Assembly (NCBI GenBank): GCA_964234715.1
Contig: OZ174278.1
Length of the DNA stretch: 64,000 nucleotides
Strand: one strand, 5' to 3'
From: Podarcis melisellensis
Lineage: Eukaryota
Below, piece by piece: positions 53,615 to 63,216 of this stretch (positions are counted from its first letter, which is position 1; each line of letters begins with the position of its first letter). The translations under genes and the position numbers were made by a program. The notes beneath the pieces were generated by a model. It ran no database searches. It saw nothing but the letters and a program-made list of their open reading frames with translations, and was not told the origin of the DNA.

Positions 53615-55403
53615 ATAACACATATGGATAGGTTTGGCTTGCATTAGATGTTGTTATTTCATGTTAGGCTGCGAAACGAGGGATTTTGTCCTCGGGTCGT
53701 GGGAGAGGAATTCATACACGAGGTCGTGGTGCGTCTCGCGGCAGAGGCAGGGGAGGACGAGGCCGGGGTCGGGGAAGAGGTGTTCCTATCCATGCCGTGG
53801 TGGATCATCGTCCAAGGGCACTTGAAATCTCTGCTTTTACAGAGAACGACCGAGAAGATCTCCTCCCACATTTTGCGGTATGTACCCGCCCCACTGCCTT
53901 CCTGATCTCAGTGTGATAATATGTCTTAGAAACCTAACATTCTGTTGCAATATGATTGTGATCAGTGAAAATCAGCAAAGTGTTGTAAATCAAATATGCA
54001 CCTCTAACTTCCGGAGGAAGGCCTTAGGCTAGGCGGGCACTATAATAATGTTTTGTTAAGTATGTGAAATTAAGTGCATTGGACAGGGATGATTGGTTCT
54101 TATAGTCACGACTGCAGGTTTGTTTTGATGCCTTTCCTAACTTGTCCGTCTGTGCTGGCAAACAGTCATTCAGAGAGAAGACGAATGGGCACCTGTCACA
54201 CATGTAGGCTTTTCTGCACAGAAATTATCTTAAGAGTGTACTGTTGCATAATTTGAAGTATGTTGCAACTGTTTCTTTCTACTGTGAATAAATTAACTAG
54301 AAAGGCAACAGCCATTCCCTGACCTGTGTAAAACACTCGATGCCTATGTTTTTTTCTGCATAGAGTTTATTTCACAAACTCATGTGAAGCTACCCTTAGC
54401 AGAACTAAGAACTGAAAATAGCTCTCTTGATCCAAAGTCAAAAGCAAGCAAAGTTTCAGGTCAAACTTCAAGTACATCCGACATAATAAATTCTTGGGCT
54501 GCTCTTTGGAATCATAAAAGTTATCATTAGTGACCTATTTATAAATTGAATGTCTGTTTTCCTTAAGTTTCATTTTTCAGTTTCCTTTTCTTCCATTTTT
54601 AAAAATTTTGGGGGATCGTCTATTTTACAACTATCTTAGAAGATTTGGGATCATTAGGTTGCGTTCTCAATCCAGAACTGTTAACAGCCCTTGCATGTTA
54701 TGCATCAAGGAGAGATTATTTCAGTAAGGTGACAATTGTCCTCCTCTTAAAAAGCAATATGGTGAAATTGAAGACTGCCAGATAGATGACTCGTCTCTCC
54801 ATGCAGTGATTACTTTCAAGACGAGAGCAGAAGCCGAGGCAGTAAGTATATCCTTCTTTTTTTGTTTTCATGTTAGGTGGTAAGGTTGAGGTTTTAACTG
54901 CATCTAAGTATTGTACAGAGCTTCTGTGTTCCACCCCTTCCTATTACCTGTAATACATGTGTCGTGTATTAGCATACGCTTTGTCTGGCTTCAGTTATTT
55001 AATTAAATAATGAAGACCAAACCACTGAAATAAAGTGAGTGTGTACAGAGGCTTTGCTCTCATTTTCCCGTTTCAATCTAAGATGTTAGAGGATGGAGGA
55101 CTGCGGGGGGGAGGGGGCGTTTCCTATAATGAAGTGTCTCTGGCAATGTAACCTTAAGCACTTAGATTGGATTCAGCTAAGGAGTCCCATTAATGGAAGG
55201 ATTTCTGCTGGTGCTGCAGGGATCTTCCCACCCCACCCCAGGCCACCACACAGACAACCGGTTGGCTCTGGGAGCGTTGAGAGAACCTGCACAACAGTAA
55301 GCAAAATGTGGAGAGGGGGGTTCGTTCCAAGCATCATACGGAAATGCTTGTGTCTAGGGAATGATTGCTACAGCACTACATTGAATTCTTCCCTTCATGG
55401 TTT

Positions 55404-55440
<37 letters not shown>

Positions 55441-58210
55441 GTGTAAAATACAATTTGAAACGCTGACCTCTGTTCTATTTATCAGCTTTTGTCATATTGG
55501 CGTTTTCTTTGGTTGTAGTTCTCTTTCTCAGCTTTTAGTTGAAGAATCAAGAGAAAATGTGCTTTATGAAAGCTAGAAAGAGCTACGGCCTGAATTCCTT
55601 GTAACACATTTGTTTTCCATGCTTGTGAGCACAGGAATAGTCAACTAGGATTCTCTTTAACATCTTGCAGCTTCTAACAGTATTTCATCACTAAATGGGG
55701 AAGCAAAGTTTTGTGCAAAATTACTTTGGAAGGATTAAGGCCCCAAAGATGCACTCCAAAACCCTGAGTGCACATTGCGAATGGAACAACACATTTGTGT
55801 TTTCTCTAAAACTTTCAATCTGATTGTGTTATGGATATGAATGTTTTCTCGAATACAAGCAGAGGAACTTGATTAGCTGTAAAACTAACAAAAAAAAAAA
55901 AGGTCATAGTGTATAAATCAAATATCTGCAAGTTAAGTTTCTACTTGTTAGCAAATCAAATATATTATAAATAATAATTGGTAGTAGAAGTTAATCTTCA
56001 AAGTAGTTATAGCTTTCTTTGAAGGAATGGTAGCTAATATTTTACTGTCTTGAATGAAAGAGGTTTAAGTTTTATGGCCGTGTGCATTTGAGCTTGGAAG
56101 GGTGAGGAGGATTCCCTAGTCGTAAAATGTTGCATTTTTATGTTGCAGTAATTTCTTTCAAAGATTACAAGTTGTTTCTGAACCCAAATGTCATATATAA
56201 GTATTCTTTAAAAATTCCAGTTTGTGACATTGCGATGAGACCATGGACAAAAAACCCACTCCTGTGGTGCATTTTAATAGGCATGGAATCTTTTAAAATT
56301 GATCATAAATTTATATGTACAGATTTAAAATTTATACCTGGGGACCTTAATATCACACAATTCATGTTCAGATGTCATCAAACATGTAATTGTTTCCACA
56401 TTTCACATTATGCTGTACTTTCAGATTGTACTATAAATCTTTTGTGACTGTGGCAGTTATTTCGGAATGTTGCTAACACTGATTTATGGTAGTTCATGTT
56501 ACTTTAATTTGAACATACTATTTCCAAAGCAGCCACTTAATGCAGCTGGTACTTAAGAAGGCATGAATATCCCATAGGTTAATTTTTTTTTTTTAACATT
56601 TCAATTACCAAGCCTTTACAGAAAATGGAATGCTTTTCGGCAGAATAAGTTATATTCTTTAAGTTTATTTTTTTAAAAAATCAACTCAGTTTTATTTTCA
56701 GGATGCCCCGTTTTGGGCAGTAGTAATAATGTATGAAGATTAAAAAGTATCAATATTTCACAAGCAAAACACCAATGAGGAGATTGTTCAGTAACAGTTG
56801 GTTTCTCTGAACAGCATGCTACCTGCATGTTGAAATAATTCAGGACTTTAAAAAAAAATCATTTTTCTTCATTGCCTTGTGTATGTGTAGACACCAAAAG
56901 AAATCTGGAAAGGCTTGCATGAACATTTACCTTTGAAATAGTAATCTGCAATAGAATACTAAGACTACAGTATACCTTGTAGGGTTTGCTCACACCTGCA
57001 TTGAAACCTAGGCTTAAAATTTGCCAAAGGACTTGGGGATGCCCACTGGGGTGTTGATTTGTTCTTTAAACAACAACCCCCCCCAAAAAAACCCACCTCC
57101 CAATGCTATATCATAACCTGCTTTTGTGATTTCCAAAGTGATTTGCCATGTGGCATAGTGAAATACTGTCCTAAAAACAAGTCCTGAGAGTTGGGACAAT
57201 TACTTCAGTTGCAGCCTAGATACGCAGAGGCGCATTTAGTTTATCCTGGTATTTGTTGCCATTTGACCATTTCCCCCCAGAGGACATGTTTCGTTTTTAA
57301 AGAGAATATTGCTCTTCTCTTTAGGCTGCTATCCACGGATCTCGCTTCAAAGGGCAAGACCTGAAGTTGGCCTGGAACAAGCCGGTCGCAAATATCTCAA
57401 CGATGGAAACGGAGGAGACTGAACCAGATGAAGAAGAAGTAAGTTTGCGTCTCCTCCTCCTTTACAAACAGACGAAGGAATAGAAAACTTGTTACTGTTG
57501 CTGTTTAATAAAGATAGCTTTTGCAAATTCGTAACAGCTCTGGTGATTTTGTAACACTAATACCACTTGTTTTCTCTGGGGGAATGTGTGTCTCTTTGGT
57601 AACAGAAATATTAGCAGAAAACTCGAAAACAGTTATTGAAAAGAGGATGTCAATATAATGCTCTTAGGGATAGTATGCAACCAGATCATACTCAGTTGAC
57701 CCACTGAAGAAAGGCAGTTTATTTCATATTTATAAAATGTAAAATAATATATTAATAAGTGTCCATTATTTCAGTGAGTCTACTAGGAATAAGACTTGAT
57801 CAGAAACCATCCCTAGACTATGATTCAAAAGTTGAGTGGGTAGTTCATATACAGTGGTACCTCGGGTTACATACGCTTCAGGTTACAGACTCTGCTAACC
57901 CAGAAATAGTGCTTCAGGTTAAGAACATTGCTTCAGGATAAGAACAGAAATCGTGCTCCGGCAGCACGGTGGCAGCAGGAGGCCCCATTAGCTAAAGTGA
58001 TGCTTCAGGTTAAGAATACTTTCAGGTTAAGAACGGACCTCCGGAACGAATTAAGTACTTAACCCGAGGTACCACTGTACATACTTTCGTCTTAATATCC
58101 CTACAATTTCCATGTATTGCGCATTGGAGCAACTTTTATATATTTATTACATTTTGTTTACTGTTCCCCCTTTCAAGTAGTTTAGGGGTCATGTAAGGAT
58201 AAATAAATTA

Positions 58211-58261
<51 letters not shown>

Positions 58262-60279
58262 CCTTACACCAGTTGTGTGAGAGAGTGAGTTGCCAATAGC
58301 TATCCAGATTGTTTTGTGGCTAAGCAGAAATTTAAAACTGAGACTTCCGGTTCTATCTACAGCATCAAACTAGTGCATTCAAAATAGCATGCTCAGATAA
58401 TAATTTTCATCCAGAACTATTACAAGTGGTTGATATTCAGATCTTACTTGGTGTATGTGCTGAATGTAAAAATACTGCAAACTCTCTTGCTATCTTCTTG
58501 TGATGCAATTAGGAATCCTTAATTTTCTCAGAATTTGTGTATTTTGCATTTGTAATAGTTTTGGTACAGCACACACCTATATTTTCCTTTTTTCTTAATA
58601 TACATTCTGTTACTTAAGTCATGTTTTCTGTCCTGTATGCATTGGCCTTTTTCTGATTTACTTAACCAGGTTATATTAATTTACGTTCTCTTCCACTATT
58701 ACAGAACCAGTCCCCTCTTTTCTTCAATAAATTCCCATACATAATGGATTTCCAATCAAAGTTCCCTCAAGCATTTTGTATTTCTTAAATGTCAGCTTTT
58801 CCTAAGATAGAATTTCACGAGTGCTTCTAGCACAGACACTAAGGAGTATTGAAATAGAATATTTGTAATCACCAGGTCCTGGATGTATCAGCTGTAGAGT
58901 AAATTATGAGTGAGAACCTACATTGCTTTCACTGTAAATTTTGTCGGAGTTGCTGTTCCACTGTCAGGATATTTTCTGTTATTTATGGGTTTTGGCTCTG
59001 ACCTTCGCGTAAGCACCTCCTAGAAAATGCATACTCCATTTATGAAAAATTAGTTTCATAACTTCTCACTGGAATGGATTATCTCTCATTCTGAACTAGT
59101 AGCATGTGTTCATTGCAAAAATATTATATTTATTTAAATAAATATTAAGTAATTACCTATATTCAATAAATAATAAGAGGAGAATTTTGGCTCAATAGTG
59201 GATAGACCCTTACTTGGGTTCAACCCTATCCAAAATGCTCAGGATGAAAGTAAAATATATGTGCATTACTAGATAGCAAGGTTTGTTTAGATCTTATATC
59301 TTGTAGATTGCTTGGAGGGAAAGAAACCACAAGTCCAGGGTTGGCTATAATGACCAGCCAAACCATGGTTTGTTTCCCAGCAGTACAGCAGTAGCAGGAA
59401 GGGGTCAGGGGGAGTGTTTTAGCTTGTGATTTCAGCACATGTACCAGGACAATGCATGTTTGCATTAAAAAGTTTACTTTAACTATGTTTTAATGTGGCA
59501 TGCAAACCAAAACTGAATATGCATCTGCTGTCTTGTTGAGTGTTCAGCGCACATGACTTCAACCCTGGTGAGCCCTCTGTGGGCTGGTCCATAATAACAA
59601 GAGCGACTGGTTTGGATGTAAAATAAATGAGCAAATGACTCATGCTCTCCCCTCTAGTCCTCTGGTGCAGTTACAACGAAGAGATTGGAAATTTTCTTTT
59701 CCATTTGTAGCTAGCCATGGTTTGCTGTTACATGCACACTGAAGTGTGGTTAAACGGTGGTTTGCCAAAACTAGCCAGGAACATAAATCACATTTTGGAA
59801 GTTGGCTTGTCCAGACAAGACCTACAACCGTTATCCATACCTCATGTCACTTACAGAATAAATCAATGATGTTTAGAATTTATTAGATAGCTTTTCAAAG
59901 CATTATACACTTTGCAGCAGCATAACGGCTTAACATAAATAAATGAACCCCAGCATGAGATGTATATCTCATGATCTGTAGAATTTCCTGCCATTTGTTA
60001 ATCTTCATAAACAACAACACTTGGCATGGAAGATGCTAACATTCTGATTGTGTTTTTCCCATACTTTCAAACTGCAGAAGTAATTTGCATAGTCCTAAAA
60101 GGTGCCTGAATGCCACACACCCCTTTTCGTTAGGGAATTTCATATCTTCAGTGCTTCCGGCATGGTCTTACGAAACATTTCTTTTTCAGTTTCAGGAAGA
60201 ATCCCTGGTAGATGACTCATTGCTTCAAGATGATGATGAAGAAGACGACGACAATGAATCTCGTTCTTGGAGAAGATGA
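17948..60279 (+). CDS. RBM26: RNA-binding motif protein 26, whole spliced CDS span (22 coding exons, 3030 nt, 1009 aa)
   Basis: Exon translations match vertebrate RBM26 as I recall it, from MVARMIIENFEALKSWLSKTL to DDNESRSWRR*. All 21 introns are GT-AG and phases sum to an open frame. The N-terminus and C-terminus fit RBM26 rather than paralogue RBM27. Confidence 0.97.
18234..19393. mobile_element. Non-autonomous hAT element (~1.16 kb) in intron 1 with a nested pogo/Tigger-type MITE fragment
   Basis: 13-bp TIR CAGTGGTTCCCAA/TTGGGAACCACTG; 8-bp TSD atctagtt/atcttgtt. Confidence 0.75.
18583..18754 (+). mobile_element. Partial pogo/Tigger-type MITE
   Basis: Matches the 3' part of 57852-58077; ends aacccgaggtaccactg-TA. 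Confidence 0.8.
20733..20974 (-). mobile_element. pogo/Tigger-type MITE, full length
   Basis: TA-CAGTGGTACCTC...GAGGTACCACTG-TA; reverse complement of the 57852 copy. Confidence 0.88.
21337..21602. mobile_element. Old hAT MITE inserted into a Squam3-like SINE fragment (starting ~21219)
   Basis: 8-bp TSD gtctagac/gtctagat; degenerate TIRs. Confidence 0.55.
23147..23319. mobile_element. Small TIR element (Tc1/mariner-like MITE)
   Basis: 18-bp inverted ends tatttacttgaatctaat / attagattcaagtaaata. Confidence 0.7.
24541..24689 (+). mobile_element. CR1 LINE 3' end
   Basis: gggttggactaaatgacccttggggtcccttccagctctacaattctatgattctatga, with the CR1-type (ATTCTATG)n tail. Confidence 0.8.
24815..25611. 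mobile_element. Non-autonomous hAT-like element with GC-rich interior
   Basis: TIR cagaggttttcaacc / ggttgaaaaccactg; degenerate 8-bp TSD ttttaaga/ctttaagg. Confidence 0.65.
25898..25939. repeat. (ATT)n microsatellite within an antisense L2-type tail fragment
   Basis: Direct reading. Confidence 0.85.
27584..27702 (+). CDS. RBM26: RBM26 exon 2 (CDADPSALAKYVLALVKKDKSEKELRALCVDQLDVFLQK; PWI)
   Basis: ttctttTACAG acceptor, GTAAGC donor, 119 nt. Confidence 0.96.
28043..28275. mobile_element. pogo/Tigger-type MITE
   Basis: TA-CAGTCGTACCTTAGAAGTCAAA...TTTGACTTCTGAGGTATGACTG-TA. Confidence 0.78.
28916..29052 (+). CDS. RBM26: RBM26 exon 3 (ETQIFVEKLFDAVNTKSYLPPPEQ...KKEE)
   Basis: ttgttttAG acceptor, GTAGGG donor, 137 nt. 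Confidence 0.95.
29694..29782 (+). CDS. RBM26: RBM26 exon 4 (VIKEEEREKKFSRRLNHSPPQSSSRYRET)
   Basis: Pyrimidine tract plus AAG acceptor, GTGATC donor, 89 nt. Confidence 0.92.
31616..31833 (+). CDS. RBM26: RBM26 exon 5 (Arg/Ser/Asp-rich region)
   Basis: Reads SRDERKKEERSRKRDYDRNPPRR...RSRSYSRSRSRSWSKERLRDRDRDRTRSRSRSRTRSR; tttAG / GTGAGC; 218 nt. Confidence 0.95.
32216..32295 (-). mobile_element. Fragment of the 6247/7911 MITE family
   Basis: TA-CCGTATTTTT...aaagtaaggggaaatgt, same as the 7911 end. Confidence 0.65.
32944..33204 (+). CDS. RBM26: RBM26 exon 6 (RDIGKPKYDLDRTEPLE...PKKRCRDYD; first Cys of CCCH finger)
   Basis: ttctttgCAG / GTAAGA; 261 nt. Confidence 0.96.
33483..33719 (+). CDS. 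RBM26: RBM26 exon 7 (rest of C-x8-C-x5-C-x3-H zinc finger; Pro-rich tract)
   Basis: KGFCMRGDMCPFDHGSDPVVVEDV...LPPVT; cttttCAG / GTAGGA; 237 nt. Confidence 0.96.
34552..34689 (+). CDS. RBM26: RBM26 exon 8 (PPPPLPPLQPSGMDAPPNSATSSVPTVVTTGIHHQPLPAPPSLFT)
   Basis: ttttgaCAG acceptor; the phase-compatible donor is a weak GTGCAG at 34690; 138 nt. Confidence 0.88.
35331..35471 (+). CDS. RBM26: RBM26 exon 9 (TYDTDGYNPEAPSIT...GDMDLPPR)
   Basis: tctttaaCAG / GTATCG; 141 nt. Confidence 0.94.
37144..37252 (+). CDS. RBM26: RBM26 exon 10 (KPPNKSSMRIVVDSESRKRTIGAGDGVPAKKNWFD)
   Basis: cttccacaCAG / GTGAGT; 109 nt. Confidence 0.95.
38457..38616 (+). CDS. RBM26: RBM26 exon 11 (first half of RRM1: TKLELRKVPPELNNISKLNEHFSKFGNLVNLQ)
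   Basis: ttttattgCAG / GTAGGT; 160 nt. Confidence 0.96.
39342..39578. mobile_element. pogo/Tigger-type MITE related to the 28043 element
   Basis: TA-CAGTGAAACCTTG...CGAGGTTTGACTG-TA; shared cttctgat(t/a)gg(t/c)tgcagga core. Confidence 0.72.
39833..39997 (+). CDS. RBM26: RBM26 exon 12 (second half of RRM1: VAYQGDPEGALIQFATHEEAKKAISSTEAVLNNRFIKVYWHRE...)
   Basis: TAG acceptor / GTAAAG donor; 165 nt. Confidence 0.96.
41016..41147 (+). CDS. RBM26: RBM26 exon 13 (VMQPLAQQPILPVVKQSVKERLGPVP...TEAVQ); alternative in-frame acceptor at 41025
   Basis: cttctttttAAG acceptor, GTGGGT donor; 132 nt. Confidence 0.93.
42507..42578 (+). CDS. RBM26: RBM26 exon 14 (NVTKLSVKERLGFVPKPPTPATEK), frame-neutral 72-nt exon, likely cassette
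   Basis: ttctttttccTAG / GTAAGG; phase 0-0. Confidence 0.93.
45249..45377 (+). CDS. RBM26: RBM26 exon 15 (VLSTSTGLTKTVYNPAALKAAQK...EAQKKKQ)
   Basis: tttccttctgTAG / GTAAAT; 129 nt. Confidence 0.95.
49304..49378 (+). CDS. RBM26: RBM26 exon 16 (EALRLQQDVRKKKQEILEKHIETQK; coiled coil)
   Basis: tgcttcCAG / GTAAAT; 75 nt. Confidence 0.95.
50646..50816 (+). CDS. RBM26: RBM26 exon 17 (MLISKLEKNKTMKPEDKAEIMKTLE...KTKTQ)
   Basis: tttcaaTAG / GTATCT; 171 nt. Confidence 0.95.
51115..51436 (+). mobile_element. Sauria/Squam1-type SINE, 5'-truncated, sense orientation in intron 17
   Basis: Same sequence as the 7423/14126 copies; ends ccctttaccttta. Confidence 0.9.
51711..51815 (+). CDS. RBM26: RBM26 exon 18 (MQKELLDTELDLYKKMQAGEEVTELRRKYTELQLE)
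   Basis: tccttTAG / GTAAGT; 105 nt. Confidence 0.96.
52912..53035. mobile_element. Hairpin-type hAT MITE (related remnants near 7015, 12440, 38685)
   Basis: gtgtttcccaaact...agtttgggaaacactg with quasi-palindromic interior. Confidence 0.7.
53134..53613 (+). mobile_element. L2-clade LINE 3' fragment with (TTA)n tail, sense orientation in intron 18
   Basis: ORF 53211-53396 EVRLASTRARAFSAVAPIWWNALSQETRALQDLTSFCRACKTELF; homologous to 1498-2016. Confidence 0.85.
53668..53877 (+). CDS. RBM26: RBM26 exon 19 (RG/RGG tract and start of RRM2)
   Basis: AAKRGILSSGRGRG...VVDHRPRALEISAFTENDREDLLPHFA; atgtTAG / GTATGT; 210 nt. Confidence 0.96.
54755..54841 (+). CDS. RBM26: RBM26 exon 20 (QYGEIEDCQIDDSSLHAVITFKTRAEAEA; RRM2)
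   Basis: ctcctcttaaaAAG / GTAAGT; 87 nt. Confidence 0.95.
55409..55438. repeat. (GT)n microsatellite
   Basis: Direct reading. Confidence 0.9.
57325..57438 (+). CDS. RBM26: RBM26 exon 21 (AAIHGSRFKGQDLKLAWNKPV...EPDEEE)
   Basis: ctcttctcttTAG / GTAAGT; 114 nt. Confidence 0.96.
57852..58077 (+). mobile_element. pogo/Tigger-type MITE, full length
   Basis: TA-CAGTGGTACCTCGGGTTA...TAACCCGAGGTACCACTG-TA. Confidence 0.9.
58214..58259. repeat. (TTA)n microsatellite
   Basis: Direct reading. Confidence 0.88.
60190..60279 (+). CDS. RBM26: RBM26 exon 22 coding part (FQEESLVDDSLLQDDDEEDDDNESRSWRR*)
   Basis: tttctttttCAG acceptor; TGA at 60277-60279; second in-frame acceptor 6 nt downstream. Confidence 0.95.
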   Translation, partial: FQEESLVDDSLLQDDDEEDDDNESRSWRR

Positions 60280-61430
60280 TTCAGCGGATTGCTGAGAATG
60301 CTAGAACTGTTCCTGTGTTGCATTAGCATTTTCTAATGTACTTTTGCATATTTGTACTTCGAGGAGTTTGGGTGAAAGTGGTGAATTTGGATTTCAGATA
60401 AGACTCAAGCAGCTGATTGGTCCCGTCTTTTGAGTGATTGATGTTCGAGTTGCATTTACATTTCGGTAAATGATTGCTAAAGACATCATATTAGGAACAT
60501 ATGCAATGTTTTTATTACTCCTACAGAAACATTACGGAATTCTTTGGGTTCTTTGTAATTTAAAGACTTGGTCACACAACAAGATGACCAAGAGTTGTTA
60601 TAACATAGATTTTTGTTTTGTTTTGTTTTATTCCAAGTATGGAATGGAAATTTGCATTTAAGATCTTTGTGAATGTTTTCAGAAATAATAATAGATAACA
60701 TTACTAAACGGAAGTCTCTAAAGTTACGTATTCATAATATTGCATAGTAGTATACTTAGGCTTTACTATGTACTAGCCTTTTGTTGGATTTGTGTACGTA
60801 TTTTACGTATGAGTTTTAATGATACAGTGTATGACTGCTTTGCATATATCTCCTTATCACTTTAAGATGTTTAAAAAAATAAAGAGATGGAATGGTCTTG
60901 GGGAAAAAAGCAAAAAAAAAAAAAAAGCAATAATGACGTTATACTACGGCCCATGATAACAAAGAAAAAAAATTGAAAAAAAAGAGAGACCATTCCATGT
61001 GGCGACCCCCCACCCCCCCATATTCACGAAAAGAGCTGAATCACTATCACTATTTCAACCTTATAAATAAAACAATTTGGCCTTGAAGCCAAATGCTGAA
61101 AATCCTTTTACGCACAATTTAAATTGCCAGCTGGCTACCTAACTTCAGAACCAGGCTTTCAAAGGGAGTTCTTGCTTCAAGAACAGCATGGCCACACTCA
61201 CATTTGAGAAAGCAAGAGGGCTTGCTTTTCTTGTGTGGCAGAAGCTCACGTTTAAAGAAATGCAGCAAAGTGACGTGACCGGTAGGTACTGTATTAATTT
61301 TATTTATTCTTCGTTAAGCTCTCAATATTGCACACAGAATAAAAATTGAGGTTATCAAAATGGGTTATGCTCTAATAGACAAGGCATAAGGGGCAAGGGG
61401 AGAAAAAAACAAGAAATAAAATAAAATTCA
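60280..61430 (+). other. RBM26: RBM26 3' UTR with candidate poly(A) signals (AATAAA at 60878, 61066, 61338, 61415)
   Basis: AT-rich, TE-free sequence after the stop; hexamers read directly; true 3' end not determinable. Confidence 0.6.
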
Positions 61431-62860
61431 GAAAGCTGGTCCAATCACTTTACAAATGATAGGGCAGATTGGTCTCTGATAGGTTCTTTCCTGGGAGGGA
61501 GGAACCTAGAAGTAGCCAGAGCAGTCATGCCTCCTTGCCCCTGCCATTTACCCTTTAGATACAATTTTGCACCAGATTATATTGTGTCTATGTTGCCTTT
61601 ACAGCTTTGGGCATCCATTATTCTCCAGTGTTAAGTATTATTTTTTTAAAACCCTCCCCTTCTATTTACAGCAGGCCTATTCTACTTCATCACTCCACGA
61701 GGCCTCTTCCTAGGTTGTTCTGACTACCATCAGCTTTAAATTACTCAATTTTAAATCCATTAAGCCAGTTGAATATTGAATTGATTGCTGTTATATTTCC
61801 TTTTAAAGTTATGCTTTCCATCCTTTATATTTTATCACCCATTGAACAGTTGTTCTGATGATTTCCTTTTTTCATTTCAGGCAGATGGTTTGTAAAGCAA
61901 CAAAGAAAGCCGCAACTTTTGGTCTTTCCCCCCATCTTTAATTTTGATTTATTCTTTGTATCGCAACTGTACTGTCTACCTGCCTTATTGGTAAGCCATG
62001 TAAGCTGGGAACCTAAGAGAAGTTAACTCTTGCAAGCTAATGGAATCGCTATGGACCCCGGCAGCTGTTTCAAAATATTGTCAAATATTTTTTAGCAACT
62101 TGAAGCACTTCATACTCCCCTGACCGGCTTAGTGGGGTCTGATTACCTATGTTGAAATGAACAAGAAGATGAAACTACCGAATTCTTAAGCTTGTTGGGG
62201 TCTGTTCTGTCTCCCAACAACTTCTCAAATAGGCTAGAGAAAATAACTTCGCGTTTTGCCTTATCATTTTTATTCTTCTTAAGAGTGTGCTTGTACAACT
62301 TAGAGGAGGAGATTTGTTAATTTTTTTGTAAACCTTTTTCTGTACATTCCTGTGTATACCAAAAAAACACCCCACTATGAACCCATTACAAAGCAGTGCA
62401 GGGGTTCATTGAAACTCGAGAGTGAATTTTACCCTGAGGTCTCCAATGTCGCAGATAGAGCTGGGCAATGTATCGGTAAATGGTCAGAAACTGGTACGGC
62501 GTTCAGATCACGATGCCGGTTTCAGACATTTTGAGTTGGCAATACAGGTGGCAAAGGCGCAGGGAGGTGGCAAAGCCGCAGGTGGATGGGAATCTGAGAA
62601 GGCACTTTTTCGGGCTCCATTTGCCTGCTTCACCTGCCTGTGGCTTTGAGGAAGCCCCCGTCCCCAGCTCGTGCGAACCGGAACATTACCGGGGTTCACT
62701 CAGATTCCCGCCCCCAGCGGAGCAATTTAAGGAAGCCTCTGCCCCTCCAGCTCCTGTAAGCTAGAGCAATAGGGGGGCTTGCTCAGTAGGGCTGGACGAT
62801 GTATCTTGACTGCTTCTTCCTCCCCTAAGGTGGGAGATACATTCCAGACATTGTGATATA

Positions 62861-63216
62861 CAGTGGTGCCCCACAAGACGAACGCCTCACAAGACGAAAA
62901 ACCCGCTAGACGAAAGGGTTTTCCGTTTTGGAGGCGCTTCGCAAAACGAATTCCCCTATGGGGTTACTTCGCAAGACGAAAAAAATCTTGCATCCCCCCG
63001 TGGGTTTTTTCCGCTTTTTCAGCCCTTTTCTTAAGCCGTTAAGCCGCTTATCAGCTGTTCCGCTGATAAGCCGCTTAACAGCTGATTGCTGGAAGCCACT
63101 TGACAGCTGTAGCGCTAATCCGCTAAGCTGTCAATGGGCTTGCTTCGCAAGACGAAAAAACCGCTATACGAAGAGCCTAACGGAACGGATTAATTTCGTC
63201 TTGCGAGGCACCACTG
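62861..63216 (+). mobile_element. Tc1/mariner-pogo-type MITE with subterminal caagacgaa repeats
   Basis: TA-CAGTGGTGCCCCACAAGACGAA...TTCGTCTTGCGAGGCACCACTG-TA. Confidence 0.85.
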
